DNA from: Candidatus Oxydemutatoraceae bacterium
Lineage (GTDB): Bacteria > Pseudomonadota > Gammaproteobacteria > Poriferisulfidales > Oxydemutatoraceae
DNA: 64,000 bases
Assembly (NCBI GenBank): GCA_965220085.1
Contig: CBDCOZ010000003.1
Location: 1,760,001 to 1,824,000, forward strand
Direction of reading: 5' to 3'
In this document: positions 1-9,333 of the stretch, one piece after another
Numbering within the stretch: position 1 is the stretch's first letter
Layout of the letters: each line of letters opens with the position of its first letter
The notes under the pieces: generated by a model
The model's database searches: none
Seen by the model: only the letters and a program-made list of their open reading frames with translations
Told to the model about the DNA's origin: nothing
Position numbers and translations under genes: made by a program

Positions 1-811
1 GGAAATAGTCAAGTTTGAGCGCAAAAATCTGATCCCAATTTTTGCCTGTGACGAGCAAATCCCGCTCCTTCTCCCGCCACGCAAGACCGTTGGCCACCCC
101 CCGTTGCCCTCTGCACAGCGGGGCAATATCAATCTGAGCGACGACCTTGCCGCTGCGCTCATCGATGGCGATGATGCGACACTGCTGCCAGACATTGGCA
201 AATATCGTTCCGTTCACCCACTCCAACTCGTTCAATCGCGCGCGCGGCTTGCCGCCTTCTGTCACCGTCAGGCGCTTCAACTCAAGAAAGTTATCGGCGG
301 AACGAAAAATCAATTCGGACGAACCGTTGCTCATGAGCAGATGCTTGCCATTGTGGGTCAGCCCCCAGCCCTCGCCGTAATACTTCGCCGTTTTGCGCAG
401 CATCAGGGTAGTCGGGTCATACATCCGCACTTCGCCGGCGCGCCACGTCAACTGATATATGAGACCGTCAAAAACGGTCGCCCCTTCGCCGAACAGGCGA
501 TCGGGCAATGTGCGCTCGCGCAACACTTTGCCGCTTGCCAAATCCATGATCGCCAAAGCCGACTTGCCGTAGCGACCGACGCTCTCGATTAAATAACCCT
601 TGTCGCCGATGACAAGACCTTGCGTAAAAGCGCTCGTGCGGTGAGGGAAAGTCTCGCTCACTTCGTAAGCGAGCAACGGCGCCTCGCTATCGGCGGCGGC
701 ATATCCGCCGCATGCGCAAACGGCCGGCGCCGCAAGCATAAATGCCCGCGCCGCGCGTCTTAATTGAAATAGCGGCGAACGGTTTGTCGCTTTGCGGGAT
801 GTATCGTGCAT
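1..811 (-). CDS. Glutaminyl-peptide cyclotransferase (type I glutaminyl cyclase, beta-propeller family); 3' end runs off the window; start at ATG 811 or ATG 739
   Basis: Absent from the ORF track because there is no stop inside the window. Manual translation gives YEVSETFPHRTSAFTQGL...LIESVGRYGKS...LFGEGATV...YQLTWR...GEGWGLTHNGKHLLMSNGS...LNELEWVNGTIFANVWQ...VANGLAW...LLVTGKNW, the characteristic motif series of bacterial/plant glutaminyl cyclases. The N-terminus is signal-like (MLAAPAVCACGGYAAA). Confidence 0.9.
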   Translation of the reverse strand, partial: MHDTSRKATNRSPLFQLRRAARAFMLAAPAVCACGGYAAADSEAPLLAYEVSETFPHRTSAFTQGLVIGDKGYLIESVGRYGKSALAIMDLASGKVLRERTLPDRLFGEGATVFDGLIYQLTWRAGEVRMYDPTTLMLRKTAKYYGEGWGLTHNGKHLLMSNGSSELIFRSADNFLELKRLTVTEGGKPRARLNELEWVNGTIFANVWQQCRIIAIDERSGKVVAQIDIAPLCRGQRGVANGLAWREKERDLLVTGKNWDQIFALKLDYF

Positions 812-844
812 AATGAACAGATTATATATGTAACTATTCGGGCA

Positions 845-2143
845 ATGAAAACTGTCGACTCTCTGATCCGTGCGCGCCGGGTGATTCCCGTCAGGCCCCG
901 CGACACCGTCTATGAGGATTACACGATCGCGATAGACAAAGGACATATCGCAGCGCTCATCCCGCAAGCGGAGGCGGCACAAAGATTCAAATCCGACGAG
1001 GTCATAAACCTCAGGCGCCACATCGTCATGCCCGGTCTGGTCAATGCGCACACCAAGTCGGCGATGGGGTTGTTGCGGGGACTCGCGACCGCGCCGGCGG
1101 CAACCGCCAAACTGTCCGGCCTGCTGCGGTCAAAGCTGCTCTCCTCGCAATTCGTCAGAGCCGGTTCCGAACTCGCGGTCGCGCAGATGTTGCGCGCCGG
1201 CATCACCTGCTTTAACGACACCTATTTATTCCCCGAAGAAAGCATTGACGCTATGAGCAACGCGCGGATGCGCGCGGTATTCGGCCTGATCATCCTCGAC
1301 CGCCCGAGCGCCTATGCCAAAGACGCCGAGGATTACATAGCCAAAAGCGCGGAGATATACGACCGCTACAAAGACAGCGCCCGCATCCGCTTCGCGCTCG
1401 CGCCATCACCGGCGGCGCCCGACGATATACTGGAGCACGTGCGCGTAATCCGCGCCGAGTTGGACCTGCCCGTGCATATAAATCTGCACAGAAACGAGCG
1501 GGAAATCAAGTTTGCTCTGGAACACCACGGCTGTCGTCCGCTGCAACGGCTGGATAGGTTGGGGCTGGTATCTCCCGCCTTACTGGCGACACACGCGTTG
1601 CATCTGGAAAAGAAAGAAATCGGCCTGTTGCAAAAATACCACGTGAAAATCGTCCATTGTCCGCAATTCAATATGCGCGAGGGGCAATCCGAGTTCGCGA
1701 TGAAAGAATTGATAAAACAAGGAGTTACAATATCGCTCGGCAGCGGCAGTCCGACTAAGACCGGAACGTCGGATATGTTTGGCATCATGCGCGACGCTTT
1801 TCTGCTCGCTCGTTTGAACCGCTGCCAACCCGCCGCTTTTGACCTCATTGAGATGGCGACACTCGGCGGCGCCCGAGCGCTCGGGCTTGAGAATATCATC
1901 GGTTCGGCGCAAAAAGGCAAGGCCGCCGACCTGATTGCGGTGCGATATGGCGACATTGATACCATACCGGCGCATAATGTGGCAGACTATCTCATACACT
2001 CGGCGCGCGCGAGCGATGTAAGATATGTCTGGGTTGGCGGTCAATGCCTGTTACGCAAGCGCGCATTCACGACGATTGACGAACAGGCGCTGATGGAAAA
2101 GACCGAAAGATGGAGCGACAAGATCAACAAGCTGATAAGATGA
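845..2143 (+). CDS. TRZ/ATZ (MtaD-like) amidohydrolase family protein with degenerate active-site motifs
   Basis: Motifs MPGLVNAHT, MLRAGITCFND, MATLGGARALGL, IGS..KGKAADLIAV and VWVGG; sits directly upstream of ubiG as is usual for this family. ATG 845 preferred over GTG 806, which would overlap the divergent gene. Confidence 0.85.
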   Translation: MKTVDSLIRARRVIPVRPRDTVYEDYTIAIDKGHIAALIPQAEAAQRFKSDEVINLRRHIVMPGLVNAHTKSAMGLLRGLATAPAATAKLSGLLRSKLLSSQFVRAGSELAVAQMLRAGITCFNDTYLFPEESIDAMSNARMRAVFGLIILDRPSAYAKDAEDYIAKSAEIYDRYKDSARIRFALAPSPAAPDDILEHVRVIRAELDLPVHINLHRNEREIKFALEHHGCRPLQRLDRLGLVSPALLATHALHLEKKEIGLLQKYHVKIVHCPQFNMREGQSEFAMKELIKQGVTISLGSGSPTKTGTSDMFGIMRDAFLLARLNRCQPAAFDLIEMATLGGARALGLENIIGSAQKGKAADLIAVRYGDIDTIPAHNVADYLIHSARASDVRYVWVGGQCLLRKRAFTTIDEQALMEKTERWSDKINKLIR

Positions 2144-2847
2144 AATCACAGACGCAAAACACAGATGCCGCGGAGCTGGAAAAATTCGAAGCCGCGGCAA
2201 CGCATTGGTGGGACGCGCAAGGGGACTTTAAGACCTTGCACGCAATCAACCCGGCGCGTCTTGAATACATCGACAGCCGCTCGCCGCTCGCCGGCAAAAC
2301 GATACTGGATGTCGGTTGCGGCGGCGGCCTGCTCAGCGAAGCGATGGCGCGCCAAGGCGGTCGGGTCAGCGGCATTGATATGGGAAAAAACGCCATTGAG
2401 GTGGCAAAACTCCACCTCCATGTGTCCGGGCTCGAAGCGGACTACCAAGTCGCGGATGCGAGCGATATGGCCGCCGCGACGCCGGGCGCATACGATGTCG
2501 TAACGTGCTTGGAGTTGCTCGAGCACGTGCCTTCGCCCGATGCTATCGTCGCAGCGTGCGCGGCGCTGGCAAAACCCGGCGGCGATGTGTTTTTCTCAAC
2601 CATAAACCGCAATCCGCTGTCTTATGCTCTGGCCATCGTCGCCGCCGAATACGCCCTCGGCTTGCTGCCCAAGGGCACCCACGAATATGCGAAATTCATC
2701 AAACCGTCCGAGTTGGCGGACAGCGCGCGCAAATGCGGGCTGACAGTCTGTGATATCAGCGGCATGCGCTATAACCCGTTCGCCGAATATGCGGCCATTG
2801 ACAAGAACCCGGCGGTTAATTACCTGATGCACTGCCGCAAAACATGA
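2140..2847 (+). CDS. ubiG: Ubiquinone biosynthesis O-methyltransferase UbiG
   Basis: ELEKF...WWD..GDFKTLHAINPARL, SAM motif LDVGCGGGLLSE, TCLELLEHVP, FFSTINRN, GTHEYAKFIKPSEL, VNY. ATG 2140 overlaps the upstream TGA (ATGA coupling). Confidence 0.96.
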   Translation: MKSQTQNTDAAELEKFEAAATHWWDAQGDFKTLHAINPARLEYIDSRSPLAGKTILDVGCGGGLLSEAMARQGGRVSGIDMGKNAIEVAKLHLHVSGLEADYQVADASDMAAATPGAYDVVTCLELLEHVPSPDAIVAACAALAKPGGDVFFSTINRNPLSYALAIVAAEYALGLLPKGTHEYAKFIKPSELADSARKCGLTVCDISGMRYNPFAEYAAIDKNPAVNYLMHCRKT

Positions 2848-3536
2848 CGATGACACAAGCCCCGCAACAAGCGCTGCTATTTGACCTCGACGGCACTCTG
2901 ATCGACAGCGCCAAGGACATCGTCAATTCGCTGATAGAAGTCTTTACAGCCAACGGCATGCGGCTTGAGCCGTCGCAACCCTTGACTCAAGCGGCCGGCG
3001 AGGGACGCGCGAGCCTGCTCCAAACCGCGCTCGGCGAAAAGCGCATGGAGGACGATCAAATCAACGCATTATCGGAACAATTCTCCGCGACATACGCCCA
3101 ACGCATGTGCGAGACCACCCGCCCGTATCCGGGCATCGAAGACATGCTGGCAACGCTTAACGCGCGCGGTATCAGCTGGGGCATCGTGACGAACAAGCTC
3201 GGTCATCTCGGCAAACCGCTGATTAGAAAATTGGGCTTGGCGGACCATGCCGCCTGTCTCGTCTTCGGCGACACCACAGAAAAAAAGCCGTCGCCCGAGC
3301 CGCTGTTTCATGCCGCCGAACAGATAGGAATAGCGACCGACCGCTGCATATTTGTCGGCGATACCGAAAACGACATCATAGCGGGCAACCGCGCCGGCGC
3401 CACCACCGTCGCGGTCATGCAAACCAACCCCTTGCGCGAAGAAGTCTTGCGGTGGTCGGCCGATGCGGTTCTGGATAAGACCTGCGATATACTGGGGTGG
3501 CTGGATAGCAGGCAAGCATCATGTCGGAAGTTCTGA
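2844..3536 (+). CDS. HAD-IA family phosphatase (Gph/MupP-like)
   Basis: Motif I LFDLDGTLIDS, motif II GIVTNK, KKPSPEPL, motif IV FVGDTENDIIAG; ATGA-coupled to ubiG. Confidence 0.9.
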   Translation: MTMTQAPQQALLFDLDGTLIDSAKDIVNSLIEVFTANGMRLEPSQPLTQAAGEGRASLLQTALGEKRMEDDQINALSEQFSATYAQRMCETTRPYPGIEDMLATLNARGISWGIVTNKLGHLGKPLIRKLGLADHAACLVFGDTTEKKPSPEPLFHAAEQIGIATDRCIFVGDTENDIIAGNRAGATTVAVMQTNPLREEVLRWSADAVLDKTCDILGWLDSRQASCRKF

Positions 3537-4804
3537 TATTTGTAAGCGGGTTGATTGCGGGCGGCGCGGTTGTATGCTTCTTGCGCCGCCCGACAACCCC
3601 GCAAGACACAACCTCGCAAGACGAGGCGCGAAGCCTGCGCGACAAAAATCTGGAGCTCGAAAAGCGCGTCACGGAGCTGAAAACCCGCCGCGAGGAAGAC
3701 GACAAGAAAATCGCCCTGCTGCAGAATGCGGAAGAGCATCTCAAAAAGGAGTTTGAAAACCTGGGCAATCGCATCTTTGAAAACCGGAGCGAAAAGCTCG
3801 AACGGCAGAACAAAGAGCAATTAAAGAATATCCTCGGCCCTTTAAACGAACAGATACAAAACTTCAGCAAGACTTTCGCCGATACCGACAAAAGCCTGTC
3901 GGGCAAATTCGGCGAGCTCAAAGGACAGATTGAAGGGCTCTCCAACCTCAATAAAAACATCGGCGAACAGGCGAAAAACCTGACGACCGCGCTCAAGGGC
4001 GATGTCAAGCAACAAGGCAACTGGGGCGAGATGCTGCTTGAAAGAACGCTGGAGGTATCGGGACTGCGCAAAGACATTGATTATGAAATGCAGAAGTCCT
4101 ATGCGGACGGAGAAGGCGCGCGCAAGATTCCCGATGCCATCGTCTATCTGCCCGACAATAAGGCCATCATCATCGATGCGAAGGTATCGCTGGCGGACTA
4201 CGAAGCATATTCGTCCGCCGACGACGCGAGCGAAAAAGAAGCGGCGCTCGGGCGGCATATCAAATCGGTGAAAAGACACATCAAGGACCTGAGCGGAAAG
4301 AACTACCAAAACATACCGATGAAACAGACCCTTGACTACGTGCTGATGTTTACCCCGATAGAAGCCGCGCACCTTCTGACCTTGCAACACGAGCGCGACA
4401 TCCTTCGCCTCGCATTGCGCGATAATATCGTGCTGACCTGCCCGTCGACCTTGCTCTCCATTCTCAGGACGATACACGCGCTGTGGCAACTGGAAGCCCA
4501 GAACACCAACGCCAGAAAGATTGCCGAACAGGCGGGCGGGCTCTACGACAAGTTTGCGGGTTTTGCCAAGAAGATGGAGACAGTCGGCGAGCAGTTGGAG
4601 CGGACATCGCGCTCCTATGACGAGGCCTATAAGTTACTGGCTACCGGACGCGGTAACCTGATTCGCCGCGCCGAAGATATCAAGCAACTCGGCGCGAAGA
4701 CTACAAAAGAACCGCCCGAATCCATGCTAAAAGACAGCGAGGACAGCGACAGCCCGACGCCGCTCAGCGACGATTCGCAGCGGCCTAATCCTCCGCTTTC
4801 TTAG
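3521..4804 (+). CDS. rmuC: DNA recombination protein RmuC
   Basis: N-terminal hydrophobic segment and coiled coil, then ALKGDVKQQGNWGEMLLE, PDAIVYLP, IIIDAKVSL, LDYVLMFTPIE, PSTLL and LYDKF motifs. Confidence 0.93.
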   Translation: MSEVLIFVSGLIAGGAVVCFLRRPTTPQDTTSQDEARSLRDKNLELEKRVTELKTRREEDDKKIALLQNAEEHLKKEFENLGNRIFENRSEKLERQNKEQLKNILGPLNEQIQNFSKTFADTDKSLSGKFGELKGQIEGLSNLNKNIGEQAKNLTTALKGDVKQQGNWGEMLLERTLEVSGLRKDIDYEMQKSYADGEGARKIPDAIVYLPDNKAIIIDAKVSLADYEAYSSADDASEKEAALGRHIKSVKRHIKDLSGKNYQNIPMKQTLDYVLMFTPIEAAHLLTLQHERDILRLALRDNIVLTCPSTLLSILRTIHALWQLEAQNTNARKIAEQAGGLYDKFAGFAKKMETVGEQLERTSRSYDEAYKLLATGRGNLIRRAEDIKQLGAKTTKEPPESMLKDSEDSDSPTPLSDDSQRPNPPLS

Positions 4805-6278
4805 GCCGCAGCAAGGGAAACAAAATAACATCGCGGATAGACGCCGAGTCCGTCAACAGCATGACGAGGCGATCGATGCCGATACCTTCGCCGGCGGTCG
4901 GCGGCAAGCCGTACTCCAGCGCCTCCACATAATCGCCGTCATAGAGCATCGCCTCATCGTCGCCCGCGGCTTTGGCGGCGGCCTGCTGTTGCAGACGCTG
5001 TTTCTGATCGTCGGCATCGTTGAGCTCGGAAAACCCGTTGGCAATCTCCATGCCGCAGATGAACAACTCAAAGCGATCGGCGGTATCGGGCGCGCTGTCG
5101 CTGCGGCGGGCAAGCGGCGATGCGTCAAGCGGGAAAGCGGTGATAAATGTCGGCTGTTGCAACCGCTCCTCTGCCGTCTTTTCAAACAACGCTGCTTTCA
5201 GCAAGCCTGTTGTCAATATCTGCGCATCCTTAATCGCATGACTTGCGGCATACGCGGCAAGGCGCTCCCGATCGTCCAGCGCGCCGGCGCCGAGTTGCGG
5301 ATTAAACTTCAGCAAGGCCTCGTCCATCGTCAGGCGCGCAAAGGGCTTTGACAGATCACAGCGCGCGCCTTGATACTCAAACCCGTCGTCATCATTGACC
5401 CGCCGACAAACCCGCCGCAACATCTCTTCGCTCAAAACCATCAAGTCTTTGTAGTCGGCGTAGGCCTGATAAAACTCAAGCATCGTGAACTCGGGATTGT
5501 GCTTTGCGGACACGCCCTCGTTCCTGAAATTGCGGTTGATCTCATAGACTTTCTCCATGCCGCCGACGACCAGCCGCTTGAGGTACAACTCGGGGGCGAT
5601 GCGCAGATACAGATCAATATCCAGCGCATTGTGGCGGGTCACAAATGGTCGCGCTGTCGCACCGCCGGCGAGCGGCTGCATCATCGGCGTCTCCGCCTCA
5701 ATAAATTGCCTCTGCTCAAGAAAATCGCGGATGGCGGAAATGATTGCGGCCCGCGCCTCAAATATCTTCTTGCCGGCGGGATTTAGAATCAAGTCCAGAT
5801 AGCGCTTGCGGTAGCGCTGTTCGATATCCTTCAAGCCATAGAATTCCTTCGGCAACGGGTGCAGCGACTTAACCAGTATGGAAAATTCGGCGACACGGAT
5901 CGTGAGTTCGCCTTTCATTGTGCGGGTCACCCGTCCGCGCGCGCCGACAATATCCCCGACATCCGCCTGCGCGAACGACTCCAATGCGTCGGCAGCGGTA
6001 AAATCGGCGCCGACCATCAGCTGCAGGTCGCCGCTCATATCGCGCGCGACAGCAAAGGCCGTCGCCCCCATCCGGCGCAAAGACATCAGCCGACCGGCAA
6101 CAGCGACTGCGCGGTCGGCGGTCTCAAGCGCGTCGCGGTCCAGGTCTGCAGCCGCCGTCCGCACTTGGGCGATCAGATCGCTGCGGCGAAAATCATTCGG
6201 ATACGGCTGTTGCCCCGCAGACCGCCGTGCCGCGACCCAGTCGCGCCGACCTTTGCCATATTTGTCTTCCTCGCTCAT
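4785..6278 (-). CDS. lysS: Lysine--tRNA ligase (class II)
   Basis: RYRKRYLDL, GGATARPFVT, YLRIAPELYLKRLVVGG, FRNEGVSAKHNPEFTMLEFY, EYGLPPTAGEGIGIDRLVMLLT; directly downstream of prfB; overlaps the 3' end of rmuC by 20 nt. Confidence 0.98.
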   Translation of the reverse strand: MSEEDKYGKGRRDWVAARRSAGQQPYPNDFRRSDLIAQVRTAAADLDRDALETADRAVAVAGRLMSLRRMGATAFAVARDMSGDLQLMVGADFTAADALESFAQADVGDIVGARGRVTRTMKGELTIRVAEFSILVKSLHPLPKEFYGLKDIEQRYRKRYLDLILNPAGKKIFEARAAIISAIRDFLEQRQFIEAETPMMQPLAGGATARPFVTRHNALDIDLYLRIAPELYLKRLVVGGMEKVYEINRNFRNEGVSAKHNPEFTMLEFYQAYADYKDLMVLSEEMLRRVCRRVNDDDGFEYQGARCDLSKPFARLTMDEALLKFNPQLGAGALDDRERLAAYAASHAIKDAQILTTGLLKAALFEKTAEERLQQPTFITAFPLDASPLARRSDSAPDTADRFELFICGMEIANGFSELNDADDQKQRLQQQAAAKAAGDDEAMLYDGDYVEALEYGLPPTAGEGIGIDRLVMLLTDSASIRDVILFPLLRPKKAED

Positions 6279-6280
6279 CG

Positions 6281-7376
6281 TTAAACCCCCTGCCGCAGAC
6301 TTTCTTCCATAAACGGCGTCAAGTCGCCGTCCAGCACCGCCTGCGTATTCGTCGTCTCGTGTTTGGTGCGCAAATCCTTAATCCGCGACTGATCCAGCAC
6401 ATAAGAACGTATCTGACTGCCCCAGCCGATGTCGTCTTTGGATTCTTCTATCGCCCTTTGCTCCTTGTATTTGTCGCGCATCTCCAACTCGTATAACTTG
6501 GCTTTGAGTTGCTTCATCGCGGTTGCCTTGTTCTTGTGTTGCGAACGGTCGTTCTGACACTGCGTAACAGACCCGGTCGGCACATGGGTAATCCTGACCG
6601 CGGACTCGGTCTTGTTCACGTGCTGCCCGCCCGCGCCGCTCGCGCGATACACATCGATGCGCAAATCGGCGGGGTTAATCTCTATGTTAATGTCATCGGA
6701 AATCTCCGGCGAGACGAATACCGAAGCAAAAGAAGTATGGCGACGATTGCCCGAATCAAACGGCGATTTCCTGACCAGACGGTGAACCCCTGTCTCGGTG
6801 CGCAACCAGCCATAAGCATATTCGCCTTCGACCTTGATGGTCGCGCTTTTGATGCCGGCGACTTCGCCGGGCGATACCTCGATCACCTCGCGCACAAACC
6901 CGCGCGCCTCGGTCCAGCGCAAATACATCCTCAACAGCATCTCCGCCCAGTCCTGCGCCTCGGTGCCCCCCGAACCGGCGTTGATATCCAAAAACGCGTT
7001 ATTGGGATCGGCGTCGCGGCAGAACATCCGCCGGAACTCAAGCTCGCCCACATCGGCCTCAAGTGTCTTGACATCATCGCGTATCCCTTCAATGACCGCG
7101 GCATCGCCGTCTTCCTCGGCGAGTTCGAGCAACTCGCGGGCATCTTTCAGCCGCGCGCTGATGCGATCAATCCCGCCGACTGCCCGCTCCAAAGTCACCC
7201 GCTCGCGTCCCAACTTCTGGGAGCGCGTCTGGTCTCGCCACACTTGCGGCTGTTCGAGCTCGCGACACACGGCCTGATAACGGACTACCTTATCGGCATA
7301 GTCAAAGATACCCCCTAAGCGTTTCAACACGCTCGCTGAGGCCGTCCAAAGCATTTTTTATCGGGTTAATTTCCAT
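6281..7376 (-). CDS. prfB: Peptide chain release factor 2, with programmed +1 frameshift
   Basis: True start ATG 7376 gives [24 protein letters not shown], then CTT TGA C, then the +1 frame continues DYADKV...; contains GGTEAQDW, the RF2-specific SPF motif and GAGGQHVN. Confidence 0.97.
7301..7316 (-). promoter_or_regulatory. RF2 autoregulatory +1 frameshift site
   Basis: Minus strand reads AGGGGG TAT CTT TGA C, the canonical internal Shine-Dalgarno plus slippery CTT-TGA-C. Confidence 0.96.
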
Positions 7377-7471
7377 CTTGGTTTCAAAAACAGCCGCTTG
7401 TTCTTCAATACGGACGGCTGATAAACCCCTATTGTCAATACAAGCATCGCATTCGTCAATATGCGCGCCCC

Positions 7472-7501
7472 ATGACAGCGGGGCGGGACAATTTGTATAA
7501 T
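7472..7501 (+). promoter_or_regulatory. Putative sigma70 promoter for the orf20-like gene
   Basis: ATGACA (7472-7477, 5/6 match to TTGACA), 18-nt spacer, perfect TATAAT (7496-7501), 21 nt before ATG 7523. Confidence 0.5.
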
Positions 7502-7522
7502 GGGGTGACTACGGACGATGCA

Positions 7523-8953
7523 ATGACCGACTCTGCTGCCAAATCGGAACATATCCTGTTTATTACCGGCAAACTGGCCTGTGACGGGCTCACCGGCGTA
7601 CTGGACGCTATGCGCCCCGACTTCAGCTATACGGTGCGCGAATTAGGCCTCAGCGTCGCCGCATTGATGACGACCGCCATGATCAAACGGAGACTGAAAG
7701 AGACCGACAACGCCGACCGCATCATCCTGCCCGGCCGGTTTCGCGGTCGCCTCGACGAATTGAGCGAACATTTCGGCATACCGGTCGAACGCGGGCCGGA
7801 AGAATTCAAAGACCTGCCGCTGTTCTTCGGCTATCAAAAAGCGCCGCCGCGGCTGGACCAATACGATGTCATGATCTTTGCCGAAATCGTTGACGCGCCG
7901 AGCCGCTCCCCCGAACAAACTCTTGCCATCGCGCAACGCTATCGCAATGACGGCGCCGACGTGATAGATATCGGCTTTCTGCCCGACACGCCTTTCCCCC
8001 ATCTTAGCGATACCATCAAATTGCTCAAACACAATGCGTTCAAAGTCAGCATCGACACCCACGACCCCGATACGCTGCTTCGGGCGGCACACGACGGCGC
8101 CGACTACCTTCTGAGCTTAAAACGCGATACATTGTGGGTTGCCGATGAGACCGACGCCATTCCGATTATCATTCCGGACGCCCCGCAACAGATTGAAACG
8201 CTCTGCGAATCAATGGACGCTCTGCTCGATAAAAAACGCGCCTTCGTCGCCGACCCGATCTTGGACCCCATCCACTGCGGCTTTACCGAATCCATCGTGC
8301 GCTACCGCGAAATACAGCGCAGATACCCGCAAGCCGAAATCATGATGGGCATCGGCAACCTGACGGAGCTGACCCACGCCGACTCGGCCGGCACGACGGC
8401 AATCCTGATGGGAATCGTCTCGGAGATGGGCATCAAACATGTGCTGACCACCGAAGTCAGCGAACATTGTCGCAAAGCGATTCGGGAAACCGACATCGCC
8501 CGCCGCATCATGTTTGCCGCCCGCAAAGACAGCAGTCCGCCAATCGGCGTCGGCGGGCAATTGATGATGTTGCACGAGCGCAAGCCTTTTCCCGCCGATG
8601 CGGACGAAATTAAAGATCTGGCGGATAAGATCAAAGACCCCGGCATGCGCATACAGGCCAGCGCCGAAGGCATTCACGTATACAACCGCGACCTCTACCG
8701 GGTCGGCGCCGACCCGTTCGAGTTCTACCCCCATCTCGGCGTAGAAGACGACGGCGGTCATGCTTTTTACTTGGGGGTGGAACTTGCCAGAGCGCAGATC
8801 GCATGCCAACTCGGCAAGCGCTATACTCAGGACGAGGAACTGAACTGGGGCTGTGCCGTGGAACGCGAACAAGAGGATTTGACGACATTCAAACAGGCGG
8901 GCGCCACCCAGCGCAAGCGCAACAAGAAAGGAGACGGCGATGCTGATACTTGA
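7523..8953 (+). CDS. Dihydropteroate synthase-related pterin-binding protein (DUF6513 / Orf20-like, tetrahydromethanopterin biosynthesis)
   Basis: ILFITGKLA, VAALMT, VERGPEEFKDLP, IFAEIVDAP, GADVIDIG, DPILDPIH, MGIGNLTELTHADS, HAFYLGVELARAQIA..LGKRYTQDEEL, as recalled for this family; followed by a DUF447 gene as in H4MPT clusters. Confidence 0.85.
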   Translation: MTDSAAKSEHILFITGKLACDGLTGVLDAMRPDFSYTVRELGLSVAALMTTAMIKRRLKETDNADRIILPGRFRGRLDELSEHFGIPVERGPEEFKDLPLFFGYQKAPPRLDQYDVMIFAEIVDAPSRSPEQTLAIAQRYRNDGADVIDIGFLPDTPFPHLSDTIKLLKHNAFKVSIDTHDPDTLLRAAHDGADYLLSLKRDTLWVADETDAIPIIIPDAPQQIETLCESMDALLDKKRAFVADPILDPIHCGFTESIVRYREIQRRYPQAEIMMGIGNLTELTHADSAGTTAILMGIVSEMGIKHVLTTEVSEHCRKAIRETDIARRIMFAARKDSSPPIGVGGQLMMLHERKPFPADADEIKDLADKIKDPGMRIQASAEGIHVYNRDLYRVGADPFEFYPHLGVEDDGGHAFYLGVELARAQIACQLGKRYTQDEELNWGCAVEREQEDLTTFKQAGATQRKRNKKGDGDADT

Positions 8954-9146
8954 ATCCGTCGTCACTACGCGCAATCCCGACGGCAGCCCGCATATCGCGC
9001 CGCTCGGCAAGCGCTATGCCCGGGACGAAGAACCGGACTGGGGTTGTGCCGTGGAACGCGAACAAGAGGATTTGACGACATTCAAGCAGGCGGGCGCCAC
9101 CCAGCGCAAGCGCAACAAGAAAGGAGACGGCGATGCTGATACTTGA
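8940..9146 (+). CDS. 68-aa chimeric mini-ORF created by the duplication (DUF447 N-terminus fused in frame to the Orf20 C-terminus)
   Basis: MLILESVVTTRNPDGSPHIAPLG + KRYARDEEPDWGCAVEREQEDL...DGDADT; keeps the AAGGAG RBS of the DUF447 gene. Confidence 0.5.
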   Translation: MLILESVVTTRNPDGSPHIAPLGKRYARDEEPDWGCAVEREQEDLTTFKQAGATQRKRNKKGDGDADT

Positions 9147-9333
9147 ATCCGTCGTCACTACGCGCAATCCCGACGGCAGCCCGCATATCGCGCCGCTCGG
9201 CAAGCGCTATGCCCGGGACGAGGAACCGGACTGGGGGCTGTGCCGTGGAACGCGAACAGGAGGATTTGACGACATTCAAGCAGGCGGGCGCCACCCAGCG
9301 CAAGCGCAACAAGAAAGGAGACGGCGATGCTGA
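9133..9333 (+). pseudogene. Second chimeric mini-ORF, frameshifted by one extra G
   Basis: Same start as 8940, but a longer G run near 9233-9237 shifts frame; its TGA overlaps the real ATG at 9327. Confidence 0.5.

Noticed and set aside
104-592. Plus-strand 162-aa and 77-aa ORFs
   Set aside because: Antisense shadows of the minus-strand glutaminyl cyclase, which carries the real family motifs.
6281-7354. prfB starting MLWTASAS at 7354, or prfB as a pseudogene
   Set aside because: The in-frame TGA is the programmed frameshift site; the true start is 7376.
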